This document shows positions 35,301 through 47,700 of a stretch of DNA of 64,000 bases, in pieces (position 1 is the stretch's first letter; the number at the start of each line of letters is the position of its first letter). Location: positions 1,302,001-1,366,000 of the forward strand of contig JBLDXI010000010.1 in NCBI GenBank assembly GCA_047495785.1. The letters are read 5' to 3'. Made by a program: the position numbers and the translations under genes. The notes beneath the pieces are model-generated. The model searched no databases. It was not told the origin of the DNA and saw only the letters and a program-made list of their open reading frames with translations. The stretch comes from Lepidodermella squamata. Lineage: Eukaryota > Animalia > Gastrotricha.

Positions 35301-37234
35301 GCAGCGAATAAAGTTGACCCGTCATTCGAAAGAGTTATGCTGAAAAATTGACCATATCTGGCGACTTCTTCGGTTGTGAAATTGATACTACCGCTAGCAA
35401 TATTCAAGCAACGAACACGATTCCCGATTTTGAAGTAAACAAGATCGAGTTCTTCGTTTACAGCTCCACCGAACCGGTCAACCAAATCGAGGTCCAAATT
35501 GGGTGTCAAGTCACTAGCAGGGATTTTCCATAAATGCTCAATGCTGTCTAGGTGAATAGCATGAAGATAGGTCGTTTGGTCACTGACGTGGAAACTTCTC
35601 GAGAAGAGCAAGCCATGGCTCGTAGAAATGAACGGCTGCGAATATGAATCACCCAAGTTAACTTGGTCGACTATCGAATCTTGGTACTGTAAATCGTATT
35701 CAGAATACTTCCATAAGGCGAATGACTTCTTGGCCATTATGTAGATAGTCGAGTTGAAGATGAGAGGTTCCCAAATCTCTTTATAGTCCCAGATATTACC
35801 GACGCTTATGAAATCTGCAAGTTTGAAGGCGTTGTAATCCTCGCCATAATTAAAGTTTCTGTAACGAGTATGACCGGAATCGCCACCGTTTGTCTTCCAG
35901 GGTAGATTATTCGGTAAATTTGCCGGCGTTGTTACTGGAACTGTATTTTCGATCAGCTCATATTTAGCGACATCACCAAATCTACTGATTGAGTATACGT
36001 AGTTTTGATTAACAACAATGTGGCAACCGGTAAGTTTAGGAAGCAGCGCCCCTTCAACTTTGAACACCTCTTTCGTCTTTAAATTTTGACCAGCGAAACC
36101 ATTGGGAATGAGGAAAAACATGTAGTTATTGGTAACTATAGGTCCTCCCTGAGGTTCGATGTCACCGAGATTGAAAACAGACGATTCTTTCATGGTTTTT
36201 CTGTCGTAGACGTAAATGTTATTGTCCATCGTGATGTAGACTTCGTCAGCAGTTACTGATGGCTCGTTCGTCCTCGAGTCCCCGAGCTCCTTATAAACAT
36301 CAGCAATTAGTACGTCAGAGCCTACGTAAGAAGCCCAGGAGATTTGATTAGGTGAAGGCGAAAAGGCGTAGGTTGTCGAGTAATCGTCTTCAACCAGCTG
36401 GAATTCTTGACCCGGGCTCGCCCAGTTAATTGTGAACGTGGATTCAACTTCACCAGTAGTCGCGTTTATCCTTGAAAAGCCATTCGTGATTGCTGATAAG
36501 ACGTAAGATCCAGAATTCGACATGGTTATGCTGTAGACGTCCGACTGCAAATTCCCGAGTGCAACTGTTTCAAACTTGAATTTGCCGGTCAGAATGTCAT
36601 AGCATCGAACTATGCCGCGCACGAAAAAGTAAACGTAGCCAAGATCATCGTTCGCAGCGTCGCCATATTGGCTGTTGAATTTTGAATCGTCCCTTGGATC
36701 ATAACTGGAGTCTGCTTTCCATACGAGTTTAAAAGTATTCAAATCAATAGCGTAGTATCGGAACTTCAACTCATTGAGATCGAGGCATTTCAGAAAGAGC
36801 ATTTCGTACTTTTCTGATAAAAATGGCTGCGAATATTCAAACTGATAGTCTTCTGGATTAGGCATTGTCATCTTCTGTTCCAGATTTTCCAAGTCTAGTG
36901 CAACAAGCATCCAACTTGTCTTCGTCATAATGTATATTTTTCCGTTGAAGATCAGCGGCTCTAAGGCTCCGGCGGAAAATAAATCGACATCTAATTCTGT
37001 TGTCGCAACCAAGTTGAATGCATTAAATGCATCGCTAGGGTGCGTTATATCTCGGAACCTTGTGTGTCCATGATTGCCACCTGAGTTTGTCCACGGGATG
37101 TTATTAGCGTCTCTGCTGACTAAACCAGAGTTGCCATGGCTTGAGTTCACGCCAGTTTTCAACCAAGCTTCATTCAATGCCCTCGAAAATTGGACAATTG
37201 AAGCAATAACGGCAATCAAGACTGCAAGTCTCAT
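29310..37234 (-). CDS. Beta-propeller-repeat type I membrane protein, family member 1 (6 PQQ-like repeats, Thr-rich stalk, TM, short tail)
   Basis: Signal peptide; six ~400-aa repeats each starting W-x-x-x-GG-(D/N)-x-GH-(T/S); mucin-like stalk; TM YIIIAGVLGGLLLIAIAVIVYF. The ORF-track stop lies inside a GTAAGT donor. Intron 29431-29480; last exon GLQRRKNRNRSLFDDTAGLTMEEFMQE...FA*. Confidence 0.85.
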
Positions 37235-39139
37235 TGCCTGTTAACAAGAAAGTAAAAACTAGTTTTTTTAGGGTTTACTGGCAGTATTTAAACGCTGCAA
37301 TTCGCTGATAAGATAGCGACGTAAGTGATGCTGTAGTCGTGTTGTGAGCTGTGAATAACGACAGGCTATGATCCAAAGCGCAAATTCATACAACTTCATA
37401 TCAAATGAGACACCTCAAATGAAAAAAGGTCTTTATCGTCTGTGTTACGACGCACATAAGGGGTCACTCCTTACTAAAACGGCTGCGTGAATAATTGACT
37501 TTTTCAAAAAAATACCCAGCTTGGTAAAAGACATGTTTCATATACGCTAAGTATAAAATACACTATTAATAAAAGCAGGTCAAAATATGAACAGCCAATT
37601 TTCGGGGCTCCTCGAGATAAATCTTGATAGTCATGAGCCAATTCCGATACCAACACAAGCGCTAAGATATAAAACGAGTAATTGCGAGAGAAACTATGCT
37701 CGAAATTTGTTAATTTATGTTGCAGAGGTGTGTGATCCTACGTGCCGATATAATGTCTTGTCAATTTAAAAATGTTGAGCCCACGGACTTAAAGCAACTT
37801 AAATGTGTGCAAATTTTGTTCATTCTCGCGAAAAATAATAAGTTACAAGGAGAAATTACAATAGTGGACTCAGCGTGCTATTTATTCCAAGCAGAATATC
37901 TCTGTAACAGATATAGAACATTATCCCAAAGCTCTCTATTATTTTGGAGATGCAGTCGTACTAGAGAGTGTAGAAGATGCCTGGGTTGAAGCCAGGGATA
38001 GGCCCTGGGTAGGGTCGACCGCTACCCCTTGCTGGATAACCCAGGTTTGATTTGATTTTGATATCAGAAACTTCCAGCTGTTACGGTTAGAGATCTAGAG
38101 CACTCAAAGTTTAGGTTCAATTCAAGCTTGAAATTCGATCTCTTCGACAATTAAGCAATGGAGAATCTCCTCATTCGGCGACCAGCGCTGCTATTTTCTA
38201 GGAATTTTAGCAATCTGCCAATGTCTTTTTACATATCGATGCAACGCGGCTTGTCCACCAGGTGTCACAGTGTGCCGAATATCTGCACTGTGACGACGCG
38301 GCAGGGCTATTCAAAGCAAACCTATTCTCCAACCACACCGATACAATAGAGAAAAGAAAATTGTATGACCTGTATTTTGGTCCAAGACCTGCCAAAATAA
38401 TCAGAATCAGCTAATAGCTTCAGACATCAGGGCGAGCGGCCAACAGCCCTGAAATTCACGAAAAATGAAATAAGGCGTTCGCACCCGAGTCCGCTTTCAC
38501 CGTTTGATTACGCGATCATTTGTTGAGACAGGCATGAAGCTAAGAACTAAGGGAACCGGAATATAACTTTTTCCGTTGCTCCCTTGCGATGGCCGGATCA
38601 ATATTCGGATAGCCCATCGGCATTTTCCCGATTGGCAGCCTTCCTCTTGAAATAATTTCGCTAAAGCTAGTTTTAAATGCCTCAATGACCCAGAACGGCA
38701 CCATTCTCGATGAACAACGGGGTGAAATCTTGTATTTATCCTTGCTCATCAGCATTTGAGGTGAACAAGGGTGGACAAGGTTGCTAAAACTACTACTCCT
38801 ACAGCCTACACCACCTCACGACCGCACCATCGATGCGATAAATAACTTCGACCTTGTAAGCATCGTCTACAATAACAGAAAAAAGTAAGGTAAATTGTCG
38901 TTACCTAAAACTTGCTTCACCCGCGCTGGGTCAAATGCGACTGTCTTGAGCATTTTTCCTCAGTTTTGGCTAAGTAGGGAGGGCTGAAGGCTGAAATGCA
39001 TGTGAATTGAAGGTAGTCGAGCTATTGTAATACGAAGAGTAAAGAAAATAGTAATTTTTAGATTTCGGACATTTCTCTATTTTCAGGAACTACAGGACTA
39101 CAGGACGTTAACCTAGCCAGACAATTTTCATGTGTTACA

Positions 39140-39946
39140 GAAGCCGCGAGCGATCGAATAATGTATGTATTGCAGTGTGCGAAGTAGGATTTTCGAGCTG
39201 GTGTGTTCCTATGTTAAGCGCCACAAAAATTGCACTCGCTCGCTACGCTCGTTCGCGAAATCAATGTCATTAACTCGACATGGGGGACAATTAGCTGTAA
39301 TTTTAACCCATGAAACGAGCGAAGCGAGAACTTGTACGATTTTTCGGTAAAAAAGGGTTTCAAACCCTCCTAACAATAACTGTTTACAGAGTTAAATTAT
39401 ATTTTCGTCAGCTGCGTTTCTTTCCCATTGTCACATTCTTATTTGGCTTAAATAAGGGCCCTTTTTTTACGCCACGTCTCAAATTCTCAAAAAACTGACA
39501 GAATTAAGTGCTGCATATCTCAACATTACCAGTAATTTCGGCCATACATACGAGCGGAGCGAGAAATTTTATGAAAATGTACCCTGAAGGAGGGTCTGAA
39601 ATCTCATAAAAACGGCAAGGCAATGAGAAAAATGAGATAATGCGGAGCACTGCTCTAAAACATATGGTTTCTATAACAGTTACTATCAGGGTCGATAGTC
39701 GAACCTTGAATTAGCCAGCGTTGCAAAATCCCCAATACAACCTTAAACCCGAATGCGAGCGCAGCGAGCTTTTGCTGACTATATTTTTGAAGATTAAGTG
39801 TCAGGAATAGCCGAAATTGCGTGAAAACGCAACATCCATTGTCCTCACAACTACTTCTTACAACTCAATCTAATTTTTGAAATGTTCGAAATGTCGCCGG
39901 ACCGAGCTGGGGTGTCGCGATGTCGCCCCTGTACTTCGCACCCTGA
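39140..39946. repeat. Probable degenerate non-autonomous DNA transposon sequence
   Basis: Non-coding region with recurring cgagcg(a/g/c)agcgag motifs (~39316, ~39551, ~39756) and an inverted copy (~39238). Ends not defined. Confidence 0.35.
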
Positions 39947-40141
39947 TGTATTGTAGAGCACCTTTTTGATATCGAAAATGGCGGAGAGAACTCAATGACG
40001 GGAGACTAAAGGATTATTCTATAGCTAGCCATAGCTAGCCTCTCTGAAACCCCTCGACTCGTTTGGCTGCGCCAAACTCACTCGGGGTTCCAGATCGGGG
40101 GGAAATTATATTTCTCCATGGTTTGCCATAGAGTAATCCTA

Positions 40142-41066
40142 TTCCCACATGCGCACGACACCTGTAGGCTCCCTAAAAGGGTGTAATAGGTACACAGGGG
40201 TGAATTCACAGTAACCATTTTGAGAAAATAAAACATCCAACTTAAAATTTCACGAAAATGATTCTTCGTTTGTAAAAGAAAATCATTTTTCATTCCGGCG
40301 AATTTTTTCTTGTTTGCAACTTGATTTTTGGTCAACCTTCATTCGTCGTCGAAATCGTCATGCTCTCCGGCTGGCCGAAGCATCAGTATTCAAGATTCAT
40401 GGAATTCAGAGCGCCGATATCAAGCCCGATCATCAAGCCGAGATCATCAGTTGCCTTGGTTCGATGGATTCTGGAAGCGAACAAATCGTTGCCTCGAAGA
40501 ATCCTCTCAAATCGATCGCCAGCCAGCCGGTTGCGCACAGAATTCAATGAATCTACATCGCGCCGTTTGGGAGACTGGCAACGATAAAAGCCATCCGCTC
40601 GCTGCATGGTATCCGATGGTATTCAGGTCGCAGCGGAAATTAATCGTGGATATGGGTCAATTTCGCCAGTCGAAGACTCGCCGAGAAACCAGTCATTGTC
40701 GCGTCTAACGTTGCTTTGGCTAGTCGCTGAATTTCTGCGTTGTCGCTCAAAACCGCGAATCAGGAGGGAAACCGGATCTGCATCGCGACGGCTGCCAGCA
40801 AGAGATTTCGACGACCTCTTTTTCACCTCATTTGGTCACATTTTTGTTTTTGCACGTGAAATTGCTTTTAAATAAAATTGGGGTTTTCGTTGTTCTAGTG
40901 ACTTTCCTAAGATTCTCGAGAAAATGGGTTTTCTGGGGGTTTTGAGGCCAATTTCGAGCAAAATGCTGCCCAAATTTGTGGCAGTTTCAAGCCATAGAGA
41001 AATATTTATAACCATAGAGAAACATGTGTTTCCCCATGGCAAAATTTAACCATGCGTATGTGGGAA
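40142..41066. mobile_element. Candidate TA-flanked non-autonomous DNA transposon
   Basis: Inverted repeat tattcccacatgcgca (40140-40155) / tgcgtatgtgggaata (41053-41068), 15/16 match including the outer TA; no credible coding capacity. Confidence 0.4.
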
Positions 41067-41333
41067 TATTCTGATGGGCGACGAAAGATACTTTCAAGAC
41101 TTATTGCTTCTTTTCTGGGTCCGTTTCTAGTTTCAGGACCCACTCATTTACATCCTTCGACTTAATGAAATAAGAAGACATTCTGGCGCATACTCAAGCA
41201 AGTTAATCAAGGATAATTGGCGCCATTGCAGAGGTATATAACGTCAGTTTGAACACTCCTCGTCATCATGCTTATTATTCACGTAAGATATAGAAAGCGA
41301 CAAGAAGCAAAGAGGAAACAGCGCACTCGAATC

Positions 41334-43944
41334 ATGGAGATAATGCGAATTTTGCTTTACTTCGTGCTCGTTCTGCAATCGACGGTGTCACAGAAGCTAG
41401 ACCTTTCTACGACCATGCCACGTTGGCTGATGGCGAGTAACCATTCGAACGAGAAGCCAACTTTGATTCTGACAACGATCCTGAATTATGGTAAGCATGC
41501 ATGCTCTGGTTTCTTCGCATGAATCGAAGAGTCTGCTGTTGATATAGGGGGCTTCATTCTGCCTATTGGACCTGTTTTATCAGTCGGAATTATGACGGTT
41601 CTCGATGCTGTGAATAAAGCTGGAATCTTAAAGGGTTATAACTTAGCCGTAGATCTGCAGGATGATAAGGTAATATCCATAATCCACAATAATCCATAAA
41701 AATATTCGTTTTCCAGTGTGATCACGGCATTGGTGTTAATCTTGCGGTGAACGCTCTCGCCAACTCTACAACAGCCACAGTGACAAATGAAGCTAATCTA
41801 TCGGGAGGTTACGTGCCGCTTATAAGTGGACCATGCTGCGCGGAACAGTCGTACACGGGCGGTTTGATGCAGCACTACAACTTCGTTCAAATGTCCGTCG
41901 CATCCGTTGTTCTGCCCATCTATACGAACAGGAATTACTACGAATCATTTTTCGTCATAACGCCGTCATTTGAAATTCTATACCAAGCACTGCCAACTTT
42001 CATCCAAAGAATGGGCTGGTCGAAAGTGTTCCTCCTATCAGAAACATACCCATTTTGGGCTGATGTAAGATGAAAGCTTATAAAGCTTAGCCTATATACC
42101 ATAAATCAATATTTCCCATTTTTTAATAGTTCGAAGCAATTTTCCTTGATCGAATCGCTCAACTCAACATCTCCCTCGTTGGTATAAGCAAAGTGATTAC
42201 CCCACCTGGGGAGTTACCTAGCCCTGCAATAGTTGAGATCGCAGTGAAGGATGTTGCGGCATCCAATGCGAGAATAATCATAATGGACACTAATTTCGGT
42301 GGCATATTGGCATGTTGGTTTTATAGATACGGTTTGTACGGGCCTGGTTATGTCATCTTCATCGTAAACTTCAGCTCCTTCATGCCTAACACAGCAACTC
42401 GAGCGGAGAATTGTACTGATGAAATGATCTACAAGGTCCTCTTATCAACATTCGTTTTCAGTCAAGACACTCCGATAGATGCTAACCCAGAGAACGCTGT
42501 CGATTCGCTAGGGAAACGAGGCAGTGAAGTTGAGCAGATTCTGAAAGACCTCATCGATAATCCACACCTTTCAAATCCCTGGTTTTACTTTCGCATGGTT
42601 GGTTACGAGAATACACTAGCGTCAGCTTTAGTCCTTAGCGAGGTCGAAAAGGCACTCAATAAGAACAACGATACATGGCTGAACTGGCTCACTTGGACTG
42701 ACAACTTCAAGAAAAATGGGTCTTATATTCACCGGTTGGTTAAACAAGCTTTCAAAGATCTGAGCTACGATGGAATGATGGTTTCAAAGGATAACAGAGT
42801 CAATGGCAGGACTGGTCTCACTGGAATATACCAATACCAGCTGAAAGAAGGCTCAGAGAAAGATAGTCCAAATTTAGCTGAAAGATTGAAGATTTCGAAT
42901 GTAGCTGTTTGCGAGTCGAGTTCTTGTTGGTCCGGGGCGAGTAAGATTGTGTGGAGAACTAAAGATCGCTTGCCACCATATGATTCTTTAAGAACGATTT
43001 CGTTAGAGGAACCTATTCTTCGCCCTAGTAGATCTTGGCCTGTTATAGGAATCTCGATTTTCATGGCCATTCTTTTGCTTACAGCTTTGATTTGGAACCT
43101 AGCCAGACGCAAACATGAGTCAATCGCTAATTCGGTACCTATCATCAACTGTTTAATATTTGTTGGAAGTTTATTGATGCTTTGTTTTGTATTCATAATT
43201 CCTATGGGGATTGACAGTTCTCAATCGATGGTTAGTAGATGTACCGCCGCTTCCTTTTGTCTTGCCATTGGATTCGCGATTGTAAATGGAGCTATACTTG
43301 GTAAACTTCTCATGGCATACCAAATTTTCAGCAAGCGAGGAGTCAAATCCTCAAGGCGTCTCAAGGATCACAGCCCATCACCGAACATCAGTCGCGATAC
43401 CACTAAAGTCAGCCTGCGAGTTACGGCGACGCCAAGTACGACGAATACTGCGATCGAGAATGCAAATTACAAAGTACCCCTACTAGTGATGCTTGGAATT
43501 TTAATTTTGCAAACAGCTGTTTTCATCGTTATGATGTCAGTCAACCCCATAGCTACTCAAAGTATAGGCAGAGGCATCGATATTTCAGACGTGGATCAAA
43601 GCGTCATATATCAGCATCTCACCAACGCATGCCTTCTCGATGTTTCAAGCATCGTTTCAATCACACTGATTGCACTGATGTTGGTCGGACACGTGCTGAT
43701 TTTCCTGCGTTCAATGTCTCTTTCGTTTTACATGAGGAAACACTCATTTTCGGCTATAAATGACTTGGACAAGTTCAGAATCGCGTCCTACACAATGCCG
43801 CTGGTTGTTGTAGCCGGTGGATTGGTTACGTGGACGCTGTATGCTAGTGATCCTGGTTACATCGAAATGGCTGCATCTGCAATAACCCTTTTAGTCCCCT
43901 TTAATGTAGTCAACTTATTTTTCTTACCCAAAGCAAAGTTGTGA
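41334..43944 (+). CDS. Divergent class C GPCR (GABA-B-like: Venus flytrap domain + 7TM); 3' end uncertain, possibly one more exon near 44060-44317
   Basis: Signal peptide; ILKGYNLAVDLQDDK|CDHGIG; GPCC; MGWSKV; ARIIIM; GLYGPGYVIF. The 7TM region has INCLIFVG, LAIGFAIVNGAILGK and FFLPK. Short GT-AG introns after 41490, 41669 and 42064. Confidence 0.75.
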
Positions 43945-44767
43945 CGGTCGCAGCCTCTTGATAAAATAAGACTAGCTAAGAAGATTCTCGAGGCGAATCT
44001 AAGGCCATCTAATTAAAAAGCCACCTCAAGGTTTCTTCTATTCGATATTTTTTGTTCCAGTACCGCAATTGTTCTTAGTTGATTCTTTGGTTTTTCGAAT
44101 TGAAGAGGAGTGATATATTTTGGGCAACAATGATCAGGTATCAGGCATGAGCCAAGTGCTCATGCAGGATGATGGCTCTACAGACTTCGTGGGATGCAAG
44201 TCGAGCTTGAGAGAAAGTATCGATCGAGCCACGTACCCTTCAGATTTGAAGTTAACCGTGCAGACCGCAGCTAATGCAACTAAAGGCGAAGGCAGCGCTA
44301 CAGCAATAAACGCCTAAAATTCATAGATTCCGCCAGGGGTTAAGGGAATCTGACGTGGAAATAATCATGCATCATAAAACTGATGACCTAGTGATGAAAT
44401 GTCAAACTTAACTCTACTATTGACGTGATCCTAACTTATCCAGCGAATTATAGGGGTGTTGGGGTGTTGCACCCATTTTTTCGCACGAAAACTTTGAGGC
44501 CTATTTTCTCAGCAACCCTGATGAATATCAACCCCTTTCTTTTACCGTTCGACTCGTTAATAGATCTTGAGAGTGGCATCATAATCTCACCATGTTAAAA
44601 ATGTCACCAAACCACACTTTTCACTTATTTTCGGTCAAATCAGAATACTAACTGACGAACACGTCAGATCTAGCATCAAGAATGACCCGCGTGAAAGCGT
44701 CAGACTCGTTTAATTCGCAATTATTCAACAGGTGAAAATAATTTTCAAGTGATTCATTATATAGCAA

Positions 44768-47700
44768 TCATGCAAAGTTGTTGTCAAGTCTATTGTCTGG
44801 CGATGGGATTTCTTGCATGAACTCTTCCATTGTTAGACCAGCAGTGTCATCAAACATTGAACGATTGCGGTTTTTTCGGCGCTGCAATCTACCAAGAATT
44901 AAATAATAACAATTTGTAACACAAACGAAGAATAGTTAACTTACCCTAAATACACAATTACGGCAATTGCTATCAAAAGCAGCCCGCCGAGAACGCCAGC
45001 AATTATAATGTAAGTCATGTCTTGAGGATCCTCCTGCGTTATTTTTTCAGTCGACAGTACAGCAGTGGTTTTCTCAGTCACAGGGTCTATCGATGGTTGG
45101 GTCGACATTCCAGAGGTTGATTGAGGAGGCTCGGTCGCTATGGGCGTTGTGATTACCTCCTGTTCAGTTGTGGTCGTTGATGAAGCTGTTGTGGTAGTTA
45201 TCTCTTCGGTTGTAACGGACGCACTAGTTGTGGCAGTAGTCGTAGTAGTAGTAATGGGAGTTGTCGTAGGTTCAGTAGCCGTAGTGGTAATTTTTGTGGT
45301 GGTAGTTGGTTCTGTAGTAGGCTGTGTGCTAGCGGGTGTCGTAGTAGTAGTACTAGTAGTAGTAGGCGCCGAGAGGCCTATTTTGTACTTGTATAGTATC
45401 CCAGAGTCACTATCGACTAGGAATATCCACCCATCACCTACAATCATTTGGCTCCACATCGAGTCTTTCGGAATCACGTTATCAGCCACAATGACGCTAT
45501 GATCAGCCTTGTTTATAGCTACCATACCACCCGACACCAATCCTAGGATGTAGTCACGTGTGACTATCATGGTCTTACCCTCGCCGTACTCCTTCAATGA
45601 GACGCTGTAATTGCTCTTCAACCATCCCAAATCTCGACTGTAGACGTCGATTGATTTTTCCAACGGAACGTACACACCTTCTGGAGCCAAACAAGGCATA
45701 GTTACTTCTTGTGTAGAATCCCTCGGGATATTGTTCGTAAACCAAGTGAAATATTTGCCTTCCGAAAAGAACGAGTAAGTTTCAAAATTCACCTTTAGCA
45801 CAACTGACGCTTTCTTATCGGATACAGGCAACCATGTTGTTGATAAATAATCGCTTCCAGAGTATTTCTTCAGCAAGGCCAGAGTTTTTGGATCCAGAAC
45901 AAACAATCCATCCGGCGCCGAGACGTACAAGCCAACCCCTTCCACCAGTGATAGCCCCAAGATTTCGTCGTGAGGGGATTGAGGGAAATTGAGATCCTGG
46001 CTAACGGCAACTCGCTCACCCGTTTCAACCTTGTAGGCATAAACTTTTTGTACCGCTGTGAAGTAGACAAGTCCCAAATCATCGCTAACAACGCCTCCAT
46101 ATTTTCCGTAGAACACAGCTTTCGGGCCAACTCCAGCGTCAACACTCCAAGCTATCGACAAATCCTGAGTTCGAATCGCGTGGAACATTATCCCGCGATT
46201 AACTGTTGAGCTTCTCGTGAAAATTAATGAATATTCTTTAGATAAGAAGGGCTGTGAAAATTTTCGAAGAGTGTCATCAGAAAGTTGAACAGGTTCTGCG
46301 AAAGTATCCGTTACACTTGAATACCGCCAAATGTAAGAATTGTCTATATCCATTAGGTACAAGTAGTCGTCGAAGAACAGTGGATCATGAACTGCGAACC
46401 TATCCCATTTGGGAATTGGAGTTTTAGCGACCTGGATGAAAGCATTCGCAGCGCTGAATCCTATTCCATAGTTGACGTAACGGGAATGGCCATGATCTCC
46501 ACCGACATTGACCCAATTCAAGTCAGCTGCATGAGGCTCATAGTTATCGAGCTCAAGTTTCACGAGTTGTGCCTGCTCGCCATCGACTAGATACAGGCTT
46601 TCATCGTCAGCAAACAAGTAGTCATTATCCAGGGTGCTTGGCGTGAGATCGTCCACCACTAAAGCTTCGCCGTTATTAGTTTCGTCGTAAACAGCTAACA
46701 AGCCGCCGGAAATAAGTGAAAATACCATATTTTGCGTAGCGATAGGACCATTCTTAGGGTAATAGTCAATTACGGGGTTGTATTTCTGCGTAAAAAGCGT
46801 ATTCTTCAATCTGCCGTCTTCTCGGTTCAACACCTTGATGACACTCCCTTCACTGATGTAGATGCTATCAGGAGACATAGCGACAGCACTATCCCGATCA
46901 CGAAGCTGATGGTAATTGACCGTAGCCCAGTTGAACGGTAGTTTGCGATCGCAGTATTTGTATTCTACCTGATCCTTCTCATGCCAATTCATTGTCACAA
47001 AACTGGAGCCACGTGACACAGGTAGCCACTCATTCCCAAGGTATGAAACTGAATCGACGCTATCTTGTTTCTCCCCAGTTTTCGCATCGATCGTAAAAGT
47101 GTAGCCATTTGAAGCGGCTATGATAGTGTTAGCATTCAGTATAGCCAGACCTAACACATCCCTATATGATATTTCGATCAAAGAGTGGGTATTGAAAACG
47201 TAGGCTCCGGTTTGAATGGAGAGAGCGTGAACTGCTAGTCCAACTGGGAAGTAAACCATGTCGTTTACATCGCTAACAACTCCTGGCATCGACACGTAAA
47301 ACTTATAGTCCTGATCGCTCGTCTCAGCTTTGATTTCCCATAACTTGACCATCGACATTGAATCAAAGGCGTACAAGACAACTCCGTCTTCCTTGTCGTA
47401 ACTGCTTGTGAAGATCAAGCCGTGCTTCAGAGATGCGAATGGCTGGGCATAGACTCGATTTTGAAATTGGCTCGGCGTTAGCGTCGCTTCAGTGGACAGG
47501 GTTTTTTTGTCTAATCGCCAGATTGTGCCGTCAGTTTTCGACATGACGAATATTTTCTCTCCAATGATCAATGGCTCGTGGGCTTCGAAAGAACGGCCTT
47601 GATTAAACACATGCCGAGCTACTACTGTAAACGAATTCTTTCGATCTGATGTAGGGTTGTCGATGTCTACATATCTCGAATGGCCATGATCTCCTCCTGA

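Noticed and set aside
37587-41042. Short ORFs between family member 1 and the GPCR
   Set aside because: Overlapping ORFs under 130 aa on both strands with no motifs; the region looks like degenerate repeats.
44120-44317. 65-aa ORF as the definite last exon of the GPCR
   Set aside because: An in-frame TGA lies between the nearest obvious acceptor and this ORF, so the splice could not be resolved.
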